From: Candidatus Limnocylindrus sp.
GTDB taxonomy: Bacteria; Chloroflexota; Limnocylindria; Limnocylindrales; Limnocylindraceae
Direction: 5' to 3'
Assembly (NCBI GenBank): GCA_040397255.1
Contig: JBBAWJ010000001.1
Location: 1-51,849, forward strand
Length of the DNA stretch: 51,849 bases
Shown here in pieces: positions 21,901-32,390 of the stretch; positions within the stretch are counted from its first letter, which is position 1; every line of letters starts with the position of its first letter. Under the pieces are notes generated by a model, which was not told where the DNA came from, did not search any database, and saw only the letters and a list, made by a program, of their open reading frames with translations. Position numbers and translations under genes: made by a program.

Positions 21901-22544
21901 GTGGTCGACTCGTCCGCGTTGGCCTCGGTGGGCTCATCGCGTCAGGGAAGAGCAGTCTCGCCGCAGCGCTTGTCGCGAGCGATGAGTTGCAGGAGGCTAT
22001 TGGCGGCGCTGTGGAGCACGTCGATGCGGATGCACTCCTGCGCGCAGCACGTTCGTCCGATGCGCCACTTCGCGACGCCATCCTCGCGGCCGTGCCAGAT
22101 GCGCGCCATGCTGACGGGAGCCTCGACACCAAGCTCCTCGCGGCACGGGCGTTTGCCGACCCGTTCGTGATGGCCCGCATTGAGGAGTTGCAGTGGCCGG
22201 TCGTACGCCAAGCGATCAGTGAGGCGAGTCGAGATGCGCAGGCACGGGGGGTCCGCCTCTTGCTTGTTGAGGCGATCGCGCTCGGGCGCTCTGGGCTTGC
22301 CGAGGAGCTCGACGGCGTTCTCTTCCTTCAGGCTGACGAGGGAGTCCGCCGCGACCGCTTCGTGACCCGTGGCGGCAGCGTGGATGAGTTCCAGGTGCGC
22401 AACGCCGCACAGGCGGGGATCCCTGCGGAGATGGCGGGGATCGGGGTGGCTCCGATTGACGGGAGTAACCCGCTGCCTGAGACCGTGCGTGCGGCGAGCC
22501 TCGTGCTTCGCCGCCTATGCTTGCAGGGTGAATCCATCGACTGA
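21897..22544 (+). CDS. coaE: dephospho-CoA kinase
   Basis: P-loop [13 protein letters not shown] with DAD and LLLVEAIAL motifs in CoaE-like order. I prefer the GTG at 21897 (GTGA overlap with the ABC-F stop, GGGGGAGG upstream) over the track ATG at 21867. Confidence 0.75.
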   Translation: MSGRLVRVGLGGLIASGKSSLAAALVASDELQEAIGGAVEHVDADALLRAARSSDAPLRDAILAAVPDARHADGSLDTKLLAARAFADPFVMARIEELQWPVVRQAISEASRDAQARGVRLLLVEAIALGRSGLAEELDGVLFLQADEGVRRDRFVTRGGSVDEFQVRNAAQAGIPAEMAGIGVAPIDGSNPLPETVRAASLVLRRLCLQGESID

Positions 22545-24882
22545 ACCCACGGCTGAACTGGTCCCCTCCGCGGGGCGCCCCTTCGCCTTGCGCTCCGACT
22601 TCGTCCCGACGGGCGACCAGCCAACCGCCATCACGGAGCTCGTCCAAGGGCTCACCGACGGCCTCCATCACCAGGTCCTCCTCGGAGCAACGGGGACCGG
22701 GAAGACCTTCACCATCGCCAACGTGATTCACCAGGTACAGCGGCCGACACTCGTCCTTGCGCACAACAAGACGCTCGCCGCGCAGCTCTATGCCGAATTG
22801 AAGGAGTTCTTCCCCGAGAACGCCGTCGAATACTTCGTCTCCTACTTCGACTACTACCAACCGGAGGCCTACCTGCCGCGCTCAGATACCTACATCGAGA
22901 AAGACTCCAGTCGCAATGATGAGATTGACCAGCTGCGACACGCCGCGACCAAGGCGCTCTTTGAGCGTCGCGACACGATCATCGTGGCGTCGGTCTCCTG
23001 CATCTACGGTCTTGGCGCGCCGGTGGACTACGGCGCAACCGTGCTTAAGGTGCGCAAGTCGGGGAAGTATCGCCGCGATGCCATCCTGCGCCACCTCGTC
23101 GACCTGCAGTACCAGCGCAACGATGCCACCCTCGGCCGCGCCAAGTTCCGTGTGCGCGGCGACACGCTCGAGGTACAGCCCGCTGGCGAGGAGACAATCC
23201 TGCGTGTGGAGTTCTTCGGTGACGAGGTAGAACGAATCGCCGAAGTGGATCCACTGACGGGGGAGATCCTTGCAGAGCGGAACGAGATGACCATCTACCC
23301 GGCGACCCACTATGTGACGCCAGCGGCAAAGCTCTCCGAGGCGATTCGCGACATTGAGGTGGAGATGGAGGGGCGTTGTCGCGAGCTAGAGGCGACCGGC
23401 AAGGTCCTGGAGGCGGCACGCCTGCGCCAGCGCACCACCTTTGACTTGGAGATGATGCGCGAGGTTGGCTTCTGTTCAGGGATCGAGAACTATTCGCGCC
23501 ACCTCTCGCGCCGCGAACCTGGCTCCCGACCATGGACGCTGCTCGACTACTTCCCAGCCGATTGGCTTCTCGTTGTTGATGAGAGCCATATGAGCATCCC
23601 GCAGGTCGTAGGCATGTACAAGAATGACCGTTCCCGAAAAGAGATCCTCGTCGACTTCGGCTTCCGCCTCCCAAGTGCGCTCGACAATCGACCACTGACC
23701 TTTGAGGAGTTTGAGACGAGCGTGCGCCAGGCGATCTACGTTTCAGCGACGCCAGGGAGCTACGAACGAGAGCGCGCAGACAAGGTGGTGCAACAGCTGA
23801 TCCGCCCAACAGGGGTGGTCGATCCGCACATCACCGTGCTCCCGACGAAGGGGCAGATCGACGATCTCCTCGAGCGTATCCAAGGTCGCGTGAAGAAGAA
23901 GGAGCGCGTGATCGTTACGACGCTCACGAAACGCATGGCCGAAGAGCTCTCGTCGTACCTTGAAGAGGCGGGGATCCGTGTGCGCTACCTCCATAGCGAG
24001 ATCGACACGCTCGAGCGCATCGAGATCCTGCGCGACCTGCGCCTCGGCGTCTTCGACGTGATCGTGGGGATCAACCTGCTCCGCGAGGGGATTGACCTTC
24101 CTGAGGTGACGCTGGTGGCGATTCTGGATGCCGACAAGGAGGGCTTCCTGCGTTCAGCGTGGGCGCTCATCCAAACGGTCGGACGCGCGGCACGCAACAC
24201 GGGTGGCGAGGTGGTCTTCTACGCCGACAAGATGACCGAATCCATGAAGGTGGCGATCTCTGAGACGGATCGACGACGCGCGATCCAGGAGCAGTGGAAT
24301 ATCGATCACGGCATCACCGCCACCACCATCTCGAAGCCGATCCGTGACTTAAACGATCGGCTCAAGAGCGTTGCCGAGAAGGCGGACACCTATGCCGGCG
24401 GGAAGCGCGGCGGTGCCTTGAGTGAGGTTGGACGCAGCGAGATCGAGAAGCTCGTGAAGCAACTCGAGGCGCAGATGCAGATCGCCTCCAAGGCACTCGA
24501 GTTTGAGCGCGCGGCGGCCATCCGCGATGAGATCCGTATGCTCCGAACCTCGGTGCTCGAGGAGGATGCGGCGACGGCGATTGAGCGCGCAGCAGAGCGT
24601 GCGGCTCGCGAAGCACAGGGTGGAGGCCGCCGAACTGGTCCCGCAAAGACAGCCGCGCAGGGGATCGGCGCCGCCGCCCGCACACTCCTCGCCCCGGCGC
24701 TCGATACCGCCGCCGACTGGCTCCCAGGGCTCCGTGACGAGCATGAGGAGGAGACAGGTACGATCCCCGATGCGGGCTCGGCCCCAGTGACGGAGGCGCC
24801 CGTACGTCGCCGCACCTGGGATCCGAGCGTGACGCCGAATGTGATCAAGCGCCGTGGCGAGCGGCCGAAGCGAAGGGGGTAG
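22528..24882 (+). CDS. uvrB: excinuclease ABC subunit B, with a ~110-aa C-terminal extension
   Basis: Motifs [15 protein letters not shown], Walker [13 protein letters not shown] and [11 protein letters not shown], plus a UVR domain ([16 protein letters not shown]). I prefer the GTG at 22528 because the track start at 22369 adds an Arg/Cys-rich, non-homologous N-terminus that overlaps coaE. Confidence 0.93.
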   Translation: MNPSTEPTAELVPSAGRPFALRSDFVPTGDQPTAITELVQGLTDGLHHQVLLGATGTGKTFTIANVIHQVQRPTLVLAHNKTLAAQLYAELKEFFPENAVEYFVSYFDYYQPEAYLPRSDTYIEKDSSRNDEIDQLRHAATKALFERRDTIIVASVSCIYGLGAPVDYGATVLKVRKSGKYRRDAILRHLVDLQYQRNDATLGRAKFRVRGDTLEVQPAGEETILRVEFFGDEVERIAEVDPLTGEILAERNEMTIYPATHYVTPAAKLSEAIRDIEVEMEGRCRELEATGKVLEAARLRQRTTFDLEMMREVGFCSGIENYSRHLSRREPGSRPWTLLDYFPADWLLVVDESHMSIPQVVGMYKNDRSRKEILVDFGFRLPSALDNRPLTFEEFETSVRQAIYVSATPGSYERERADKVVQQLIRPTGVVDPHITVLPTKGQIDDLLERIQGRVKKKERVIVTTLTKRMAEELSSYLEEAGIRVRYLHSEIDTLERIEILRDLRLGVFDVIVGINLLREGIDLPEVTLVAILDADKEGFLRSAWALIQTVGRAARNTGGEVVFYADKMTESMKVAISETDRRRAIQEQWNIDHGITATTISKPIRDLNDRLKSVAEKADTYAGGKRGGALSEVGRSEIEKLVKQLEAQMQIASKALEFERAAAIRDEIRMLRTSVLEEDAATAIERAAERAAREAQGGGRRTGPAKTAAQGIGAAARTLLAPALDTAADWLPGLRDEHEEETGTIPDAGSAPVTEAPVRRRTWDPSVTPNVIKRRGERPKRRG

Positions 24883-24884
24883 TC

Positions 24885-27791
24885 GTGGGACAGAACAAGA
24901 TCTCCGTTCGCGGTGCTCGCGAGCACAACCTGAAGGGGATCGACCTCGACATTCCACGGGACCAGCTCGTCGTTGTCACCGGCATCTCTGGCTCGGGTAA
25001 GTCGAGCCTCGCCTTTGACACGATCTACGCCGAAGGTCAGCGCCGCTACGTCGAGAGCCTCTCCGCCTACGCACGCCAATTCCTCGGGCAGATGGAGAAG
25101 CCTGACGTTGACTCCATTGATGGCCTCTCGCCAGCCATCTCTATTGACCAGAAGGGGTCGTCGCGCAATCCGCGTTCGACCGTCGGCACGATCACCGAGA
25201 TTTGGGACCACTTTCGACTCCTCTACGCGCGTGCCGGAACCCCACACTGCCCAAAGTGCGACCGTCCCATCAGTCGTGTCTCACTCGACCAGATCGTCGA
25301 AGAGATCCTCAAGCTCCCTGACGGCACGCGCATCCTGGTGCTCGGCCCACTCCTGCGCGATCGCAAGAGCGAGGGGGAGCGCATGTATGAGGCGGCGCGA
25401 AAGTCCGGATTCAGCCGCGTGCGCGTTGATGGCGTCCAGTACGACCTCAGTGCCGATGATCTGCCGAAGCTCGACAAGAAGAAGCGCCACTCCATTGAAG
25501 TCATCGTCGATCGCTTTGTTGTCCAGCATCCCGTCGATGAGAAGGGGAAGCCTCTGCCGATCCCTGATCGCAGCCGGCTCGCCGACTCTGTAGAGACGGC
25601 GATCAAACTGGGAGAGGGACTTGCCGTTGTTGCCCCCGCCCCAGCCGAGAAGGAGAAGCCAGCCTTTGAAGAGCGACTCTTCAGCGAGAAGCTCGGCTGC
25701 GCCTACGACGGTACGGTGATCGATGACCTGCAGCCGCGTTCGTTCAGCTTTAACTCCCCGCATGGCGCCTGCGAAACCTGTACCGGACTCGGCTTCCGCC
25801 TCGAGGTCGACGAGGAGCGTGTGATTGATCCCGAGAAGTCGGTGCTCAACGGTGGTTTGATTCCGTGGTCCCGTTCGCCGGAGGGGAGCTGGTACTTAAA
25901 GGTGGTCACCGCGGCGATGAAGGCGAACAAGTGGAATCCGAAGACACCACTGGGCGATCTCCCTAAGGGCGCACTTGATTACCTGCTGCACGCCGAGCGC
26001 GAGGACCGCTACACGGTCACCTATGAGAACTCGAGTTACAGCAACACCTATAAGGCTGCCTTCGAGGGGATCATCGCGAACCTTGAGCGCCGCCACAAAG
26101 AGACGGAATCAGAGTTGGTGCGCGTAGAGATTGAGCGCTACATGGTGAGTAGGCCCTGCCCCGACTGCAAGGGTCGCCGCCTGAAGCCCGAAATCCTCGC
26201 CGTGCGCGTGGACGGACGCAACATCGCTGAGGTGGCCTCCATGCCGATCGGCGAACTGGTGCCGTGGATCAACACCCTCTCCACGGCACTTGGTGAGCGT
26301 GAACGCACGATTGCCAAGGCGGTGATTAAGGAGATCAGTGAGCGCGCCGGCTTCCTCGTCGACGTTGGCCTCGACTACCTCACCGTCGATCGCTCTGCTA
26401 CCACGCTCTCGGGTGGCGAGGCACAGCGCATCCGCCTGGCAACGCAGATCGGGTCACGGTTGGTCGGGGTCCTCTACATCCTTGATGAGCCATCGATCGG
26501 CTTGCATCAGCGCGACAACGCGCGCCTCATCGCCACGCTAATTCGGCTGCGCGACCTCGGCAATACGGTGCTGGTGGTTGAGCATGACGAAGAGACGATT
26601 CGTACCGCCGACTGGGTCGTAGATATTGGACCCGGCGCAGGCGAACATGGCGGTCGCTTGATTTCGAACGGCACATTCAAGGAGCTCCTTGAAGCAAAGG
26701 ACTCCATTACTGGCGCCTACCTTCGTGGTGACCGCTCGGTGGCGGTGCCGAAGACGCGCCGCAAGGGGAGTGGCAAGGCGATCACGGTCAAGGGGGCGCG
26801 GGAGCACAACCTGCGCGAGATCGACGTCGCCTTCCCGCTCGGCGAATTTGTTGCCGTGACGGGCGTCTCGGGGAGCGGCAAGAGCACCCTCGTCACCGAC
26901 ATCCTGCAGAAGGCGCTCGCGCGCAGGTTGCACGGCGCGAAAGAGCGACCAGGGGCGCACGACCGCATCACGGGCCTCGACGAGATCGACAAGGTGATTG
27001 AGATTGACCAGAGCCCAATCGGCCGTACGCCGCGCTCGAATCCAGCCACCTACGTCGGTCTCTTCACGCCGATCCGCGAGCTCTTCGCCGCCACGCAAGA
27101 GGCACGCCTCCGCGGCTATGCGGCCGGCCGCTTCTCCTTCAACGTCAAGGGTGGCCGCTGCGAGACCTGTTCTGGCGACGGCATCTTGCTGATTGAGATG
27201 CAGTTCCTCCCCGACGTGTACGTGCCCTGCGAAACGTGCCAGGGGAAGCGCTACAACCGCGAGGCGCTCGAGGTGACCTGGAAGGGGATGACGATCGCCG
27301 ATGTGCTGGAGCTGCAGGTGGAGGATGCCCTCGAGCGCTTCTCCGCAGTGCCAGCGATTCGTAATCGCCTCAAGACGCTGAGCGAGGTGGGCCTCGGCTA
27401 TCTCCGCCTCGGGCAGTCGGCAACGACGCTCTCGGGCGGCGAGGCGCAGCGGGTCAAGCTCGCCACTGAGCTGGCCCGTCGCTCAACCGGCCGCACGATG
27501 TACATCCTCGACGAGCCAACCACGGGGCTGCACTTCGCCGATGTCGATCGCCTGCTGCATGTTCTGCATCGACTTGTTGATGGCGGCAACAGCGTCATCG
27601 TGATCGAGCACAACCTTGATGTGATCAAGACGGCGGACTGGGTGATCGATCTTGGACCCGACGGCGGAAGCCGCGGTGGCGAACTCATCGCAGAGGGGAC
27701 GCCTGAGCAGGTTGTAAAGGTGAAGCGCAGCCATACCGGTCGCTATCTCGCCCTTGCGCTGAAGGGCGAGCCGATCCACTCGCTGGAGTAG
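24885..27791 (+). CDS. uvrA: excinuclease ABC subunit A
   Basis: 968 aa with N-terminus [47 protein letters not shown]. Two ABC modules, zinc-finger Cys pairs and a second Walker [11 protein letters not shown] are present. Confidence 0.97.
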   Translation: MGQNKISVRGAREHNLKGIDLDIPRDQLVVVTGISGSGKSSLAFDTIYAEGQRRYVESLSAYARQFLGQMEKPDVDSIDGLSPAISIDQKGSSRNPRSTVGTITEIWDHFRLLYARAGTPHCPKCDRPISRVSLDQIVEEILKLPDGTRILVLGPLLRDRKSEGERMYEAARKSGFSRVRVDGVQYDLSADDLPKLDKKKRHSIEVIVDRFVVQHPVDEKGKPLPIPDRSRLADSVETAIKLGEGLAVVAPAPAEKEKPAFEERLFSEKLGCAYDGTVIDDLQPRSFSFNSPHGACETCTGLGFRLEVDEERVIDPEKSVLNGGLIPWSRSPEGSWYLKVVTAAMKANKWNPKTPLGDLPKGALDYLLHAEREDRYTVTYENSSYSNTYKAAFEGIIANLERRHKETESELVRVEIERYMVSRPCPDCKGRRLKPEILAVRVDGRNIAEVASMPIGELVPWINTLSTALGERERTIAKAVIKEISERAGFLVDVGLDYLTVDRSATTLSGGEAQRIRLATQIGSRLVGVLYILDEPSIGLHQRDNARLIATLIRLRDLGNTVLVVEHDEETIRTADWVVDIGPGAGEHGGRLISNGTFKELLEAKDSITGAYLRGDRSVAVPKTRRKGSGKAITVKGAREHNLREIDVAFPLGEFVAVTGVSGSGKSTLVTDILQKALARRLHGAKERPGAHDRITGLDEIDKVIEIDQSPIGRTPRSNPATYVGLFTPIRELFAATQEARLRGYAAGRFSFNVKGGRCETCSGDGILLIEMQFLPDVYVPCETCQGKRYNREALEVTWKGMTIADVLELQVEDALERFSAVPAIRNRLKTLSEVGLGYLRLGQSATTLSGGEAQRVKLATELARRSTGRTMYILDEPTTGLHFADVDRLLHVLHRLVDGGNSVIVIEHNLDVIKTADWVIDLGPDGGSRGGELIAEGTPEQVVKVKRSHTGRYLALALKGEPIHSLE

Positions 27792-27793
27792 CG

Positions 27794-28141
27794 ATGGCTG
27801 AGCCGCAGCTCCCTCGACACGCCGATCCCTCACTCGATCAGGCCGGGCTTCGCGCGGCACAGCTCCTTGAGCGCATCCTTGATGAACTAGTGGACGAGCG
27901 TGCTCGCGCAAGGTTCCTGCCATACCGCGCCTGGACGACGCAGCTCCGTGACGCCCACGGAGCAGCCCTGCGCAAAGGCGTTGTCGCCGTACGCGCCGCC
28001 CTTGGGCCAGGGGATGGCCTTGCCGATATCGCCTCTGGTGAGGCGGTGATCAAGCTCCGCGAAGCGCTCGACGAGATTCTGCGCATCCTGAATCGCCGAG
28101 AGGCACTTCGCGGTCGCACAGGGGCGCGTGATGGCGCCTGA
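27794..28141 (+). CDS. hypothetical protein (115 aa) between uvrA and uvrC
   Basis: The ATG is 2 nt after the uvrA stop and the stop overlaps the uvrC start. Composition is normal (Leu/Glu/Asp/Ala/Arg, helix-like heptads such as LLERILDELVDE and LREALDEILRILNRRE), whereas the antisense ORFs here are Arg/Ser/Pro-rich. I recognise no family. Confidence 0.55.
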   Translation: MAEPQLPRHADPSLDQAGLRAAQLLERILDELVDERARARFLPYRAWTTQLRDAHGAALRKGVVAVRAALGPGDGLADIASGEAVIKLREALDEILRILNRREALRGRTGARDGA

Positions 28142-30014
28142 GCGGCTCCCGGCGCCAAGCGTTCCTGACGTCATCGCGGCGGCGCTCAAGGTGCTCCCCG
28201 ATGCGCCTGGCGTCTACCTCTTCTCGGATAGTGCCGGAAAGATCATCTACGTCGGCAAGGCGACACACCTTACCCAGCGTGTTCGCAGCTACTGGCAGGC
28301 GGGTGGTGAGCCTGGCGCGCACCGCATTCGCGACGCGATTGCGGAGGTTGCCACACTCGACTGGACAGTCACCGACTCCACGAAGGAGGCACTCCTCCTT
28401 GAGGCAACACTCGTGCGGCGGCATCTCCCCAAGTACAACATCCGTCTTCGTGATGATCGGAGCTACCCCTACATTCGCGTTACGGCAGATCCGTACCCGC
28501 GCGTGGAGCGCACCCGACGCCTCGTGCGCGATGGCTCACGCTACTTCGGTCCGTACACCACACCCGGTTCGGTGAATGCTGCCATGGAGGCGATCAAGCG
28601 CCTCTTTCAATTTCGCACCTGCGAGATCTCAATCAAGCCGATGGAGCGCGCACTAGAGCGTCCCTGTCTCCTCTATGACTTGAAGCGCTGCCAGGGCCCC
28701 TGCCTCGGCAACATCCCGCTGGCCGACTACCAGCGTGAGATTGACGGGGTGCAACTCTTCCTCGGTGGTCGCTCCCGCGCCGCCATCGCGATGCTCACCA
28801 CGCGCATGGAGTCCGCCGCCGAGCGCGAAGCGTTTGAAGACGCCGCGCGTATCCGCGATGCGGTGCTCTCCCTGGAGACAACATTTGACGAACAGAAGGT
28901 GCCGACCTCAGGGCGAGCCGATGAGGATGTTCTGGGGATCGCTCGTCACGGACGCCACATTGCCATCGCCTGTTTCCAGATTCGTGACTCGGCGCTAGTG
29001 GGACGCGATGTGCATCGTGTGGAGGCTGGGGATTCAGGTGACGCAGAGCTCCTCGCAGGCTTTGCCGCGAGCTATTACGCACGTGCAGGCGAGATCCCAC
29101 CCTCAATTGCGACTGCTGCAGAGCTGAGTGACCCGGAGATCCTTGAGTTCCTCTCGGCGCGTCGCGAGGGTCGTGTTGAGATGCGCGTGCCGCAGCGTGG
29201 TGATCGGGCGCGGATTCTGCGACTGGCCGAACGCAACGCAGAGGAGTGGCTCATTCGTCGCGAGGCCGAAGAGGACGCGGATCGTGAGCGTGCCGACGCG
29301 GCGCTCTCAGCGCTCGCCGTCGCACTCAACCTCGATGCATCACCGGCGCGCATTGAGTGCGTCGATGTGAGCACTATTCAGGGGGCATTCACCGTCTCGT
29401 CGCTGACCGTTGCGCAAGAGGGTCAGTTGGCGCCGAAGGAGTACCGCCGCTTCCGTATTAAGGGGGTGACTGGGCAGGATGACTTCGCGGCACACGCGGA
29501 AGCGCTCACGCGTCGCTTCGCCCGATCCGTGGCGGATGGGACCCAACGGAGTGGTGAGGCTGAGTCACGCGCTTGGAGCCTGCCCGACCTTCTCGTCATC
29601 GATGGTGGTCGCGGGCAGGTCTCTGCCGCCGCCGCCGTCCTGGATGCCGCAGGTTTAACAATCCCTCTCGTCGGCATTGCCAAGGAGCGCGAAGAGCTCT
29701 GGCCGCGCGACGCCTCCGCGCCGATTCTTCTGCCCGCCACCGATCCTGGGCTGCGCCTTCTGCAACGGCTTCGCGATGAGGCACATCGGTTTGCGATCGG
29801 CTATCACCGCACGCTGCGCAGTCGGGCGGCGACGGCGAGCCGGCTTGACGGCATCCGTGGGCTCGGCCCAACGAAGCGAAAGGCGCTCCTGCGCCGGTTC
29901 GGATCAGCGGCGGGGATCGCCGCCGCCCCCGTTGAGGCTCTCACCGAGGTCGCAGGGGTAGATGATGCCCTTGCCGCACGGATCCTGACGGCCCTCGGCG
30001 CAGATCGCGGCTGA
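28128..30014 (+). CDS. uvrC: excinuclease ABC subunit C
   Basis: GIY-YIG domain (GVYLFSDSAGKIIYVGKA...YW), UVR domain (FEDAARIRD), RNase H-like endonuclease region and C-terminal HhH pair. The start is GTG 28128 or the adjacent ATG 28131. Confidence 0.95.
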   Translation: MMAPERLPAPSVPDVIAAALKVLPDAPGVYLFSDSAGKIIYVGKATHLTQRVRSYWQAGGEPGAHRIRDAIAEVATLDWTVTDSTKEALLLEATLVRRHLPKYNIRLRDDRSYPYIRVTADPYPRVERTRRLVRDGSRYFGPYTTPGSVNAAMEAIKRLFQFRTCEISIKPMERALERPCLLYDLKRCQGPCLGNIPLADYQREIDGVQLFLGGRSRAAIAMLTTRMESAAEREAFEDAARIRDAVLSLETTFDEQKVPTSGRADEDVLGIARHGRHIAIACFQIRDSALVGRDVHRVEAGDSGDAELLAGFAASYYARAGEIPPSIATAAELSDPEILEFLSARREGRVEMRVPQRGDRARILRLAERNAEEWLIRREAEEDADRERADAALSALAVALNLDASPARIECVDVSTIQGAFTVSSLTVAQEGQLAPKEYRRFRIKGVTGQDDFAAHAEALTRRFARSVADGTQRSGEAESRAWSLPDLLVIDGGRGQVSAAAAVLDAAGLTIPLVGIAKEREELWPRDASAPILLPATDPGLRLLQRLRDEAHRFAIGYHRTLRSRAATASRLDGIRGLGPTKRKALLRRFGSAAGIAAAPVEALTEVAGVDDALAARILTALGADRG

Positions 30015-30037
30015 ACGGGGCTGACGCGCCCCCCTGC

Positions 30038-30043
30038 TAGGAT
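30038..30043 (+). promoter_or_regulatory. candidate -10 box TAGGAT, 8 nt upstream of the secD ATG (leaderless geometry)
   Basis: Sequence is ctgcTAGGATtctctgcaATG. It matches TANNNT and no SD is present. Confidence 0.3.
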
Positions 30044-30051
30044 TCTCTGCA

Positions 30052-31440
30052 ATGCGTAAGTTCACCCCGTACCTGATCCTGGCTACAGCCCTTCTGGCGC
30101 TGGCTATTGACCTACTCCCAAATCTCAGCCTCCCTGCGAGCGGCACAGCGGGTGGCACGCGCCCGATTGAGACCAAGCTTGGCCTCGACCTACGCGGCGG
30201 GCTACGCGTCGAGTATCAGGTGCAGCCAGTCGACGGCATCAGCGCTACCGCTGCGGATCTCGCCACCATCCGCGACATCATTGAGCGTCGCGTCAACAGC
30301 ACCGGTGTCTCAGAGCCGCTCGTGCAGACGCAGGGGACCGACCGCATTGTGGTCGAGCTGCCTGGTGTCACCAATCCCGATTCTATTCGCGCCCTCCTCG
30401 GCACAACCGGTCGCCTCGACCTTGTGCCACTCCCGCGTGAGGCCTACGGCTATTTTGACGCCGCAACAGGCCAGCCTCACGAAGGGGTAAAGCCGGTACC
30501 TAACGAGGGCGAAACGCTCAGCGACACAACCCTGAAGGCGCTCTTCTCGGGCGATCAGATTGACTCATCGGCCGTGCAGATCGACTCTTCGGGAAGGCGC
30601 GTCGTCTCATTCAAACTGAAGGCTGAGGGTGCGGACCTCTTTGCCACCTGGACAAAGGCGAACATCGGCTCCTACTTTGCAATCGTTCTGGACGGTGCCG
30701 TGAAGTCGGCTCCGTACATTCAGAGCGCGATCACCGGCGGCGAGGCGCAGATCTCGGGTCCTGGCGCGAGCGGCTTCGCAGCGGACGATGCGGCAAATCT
30801 TGTCACGATCTTAAAGTTCGGCTCCCTCCCATTCCCGATTGCAGAGATTGGTGTCACCGACGTGAAGGCGACCCTCGGCGCGTCCTTCCTCGGCCAAGCG
30901 CTCTTCGCCGGCGCCGTCGGGATCTTGCTCGTCTTCCTCTTCATGCTCTTGCACTACCGCGTAGCTGGTGCCGTCGCTAACGTCGCCTTGATCTTCTACG
31001 TGATCATCGTCTTGGCGATCTTCCGACTCGTCCCCGTCACGCTGACCCTTGCTGGCATCGCTGGCTTCGTGCTCTCCATCGGTATGGCGGTGGATGCGAA
31101 CATCTTGATCTTTGAGCGCACCAAAGAGGAGTTGCGGATCGGGAAGGGGATCGTCCCTGCCGTCGAAGCTGGATTTAGCCGAGCCTGGAACTCCATCCTC
31201 GACTCGAACGTCTCCAGCCTGATCACGGCGTTCATCCTCTTCTACTTCGGCTCGTCAACGATTAAGGGCTTCGCGCTGGTGCTCATCATCGGCGTGCTCT
31301 GCTCGCTCTTCACCGCCGTAACCGTGACGCGTCTGATTCTGCGCGCCGTGATCGCGCGGAAGAGCTTCTCCTCGCCGTACCTCTATGGAGTCGCGAAGGG
31401 TGACCTTGACGCACTCGATCGGGGGGCTATCAATGGATAA
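30052..31440 (+). CDS. secD: protein translocase subunit SecD
   Basis: 462 aa with an N-terminal TM segment, LGLDLRGG, a periplasmic-type domain and a C-terminal 5-TM bundle (SIGMAVDANILIFER). Confidence 0.9.
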   Translation: MRKFTPYLILATALLALAIDLLPNLSLPASGTAGGTRPIETKLGLDLRGGLRVEYQVQPVDGISATAADLATIRDIIERRVNSTGVSEPLVQTQGTDRIVVELPGVTNPDSIRALLGTTGRLDLVPLPREAYGYFDAATGQPHEGVKPVPNEGETLSDTTLKALFSGDQIDSSAVQIDSSGRRVVSFKLKAEGADLFATWTKANIGSYFAIVLDGAVKSAPYIQSAITGGEAQISGPGASGFAADDAANLVTILKFGSLPFPIAEIGVTDVKATLGASFLGQALFAGAVGILLVFLFMLLHYRVAGAVANVALIFYVIIVLAIFRLVPVTLTLAGIAGFVLSIGMAVDANILIFERTKEELRIGKGIVPAVEAGFSRAWNSILDSNVSSLITAFILFYFGSSTIKGFALVLIIGVLCSLFTAVTVTRLILRAVIARKSFSSPYLYGVAKGDLDALDRGAING

Positions 31441-32389
31441 GATCATTGCGCGCAAGCGCTGGTTCTTCCTCTTCTCGCTGCTCATCACTGTTCCAGGCCT
31501 GCTCTTTACGTTGGCGACCCCCCTCTCGGGCGGCTCGATTGGCCTGAAGTTCTCCATCGACTACACGGGTGGCACGATTTGGGAGTTCCGGCCAGAGAGT
31601 CCAGCCGATCCGCTGGTGGTGCAGGCGGCGGTCGCCAGCGCCGGCCACGAAGAGGCGACGGTCACCGAGGCTGGGACCGGCTTCCTGATCGTGCGCACGA
31701 AGCCACTCGACCTACAGGCTGGCCAAGATCAGATTGAAAATGCTGGGGCAGAGCTCCAGGCGATTCGCGAGGCGGTCGTCGCAGCTGTTGGGCCAATCGC
31801 GCAAGAGGGTTCAGTCTCCACCGTGGGCCCCGTCATCAGCCAGGACCTCACGCAGCAGGCGCTCCTTCTCGTGGTGCTTGGCTCGATCGGCATCCTGCTC
31901 TGGATGACCTACCGCTTCCGTAACCTTCGGTTCGGCTTGGCGGCCCTCACGGCACTCCTTCACGACGTCATCGTGACGATCGGCTTCTTCGCCATCGCGG
32001 GCACCGTTGCGGGGATTGAGATTGATGCCCTCTTTGTAACCGCCATGCTCACGATCATCGGCTTCTCGGTGCACGACACGATTGTGGTGTTCGACCGCAT
32101 CCGCGAGAACCTGGTGCGCCATGCTGGCGCCCCATTCGGCGATATCGTCAACCACTCGATCGTGCAGACGCTGGGTCGCTCGTTCAACACCACGGCGACC
32201 GTGCTGATCACTCTCCTCACCCTGCTCGTCTTCGCCGGGGGATCGATTCGCACCTTTGTGCTCGCCCTGTTTATCGGCATCCTCTCGGGCACCTACTCGT
32301 CGATCTTTAACGCCAGCCCACTTCTAGTTTGGTGGGAGGAGCGCGCTCAGGCGCGCAAGGCGGCAGCGGCTCGAACCCGCACGGCGTAG
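31433..32389 (+). CDS. secF: protein translocase subunit SecF
   Basis: MDKIIARKRWFFLFSL... followed by LGIDFTGG-like SIDYTGGT and a C-terminal TM bundle (GFSVHDTIVVFDRIRE). The internal ATG at 31433 overlaps the secD stop (ATGGATAA) and is preferred over the track start at 31385. Confidence 0.9.
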   Translation: MDKIIARKRWFFLFSLLITVPGLLFTLATPLSGGSIGLKFSIDYTGGTIWEFRPESPADPLVVQAAVASAGHEEATVTEAGTGFLIVRTKPLDLQAGQDQIENAGAELQAIREAVVAAVGPIAQEGSVSTVGPVISQDLTQQALLLVVLGSIGILLWMTYRFRNLRFGLAALTALLHDVIVTIGFFAIAGTVAGIEIDALFVTAMLTIIGFSVHDTIVVFDRIRENLVRHAGAPFGDIVNHSIVQTLGRSFNTTATVLITLLTLLVFAGGSIRTFVLALFIGILSGTYSSIFNASPLLVWWEERAQARKAAAARTRTA

Positions 32390-32390
32390 G

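Noticed and set aside
22369-22527. Track-predicted upstream starts that lengthen uvrB (22369), coaE (21867), secF (31385), pyrF (35335), secG (42655) and the LCP gene (49339), and the 88-aa version of the small ORF (to 14716).
   Set aside because: The extra N-terminal residues are non-homologous, overlap the preceding gene or a tRNA, and lack ribosome-binding signals. Internal starts give canonical N-termini and classic ATGA/GTGA coupling or good SD spacing.
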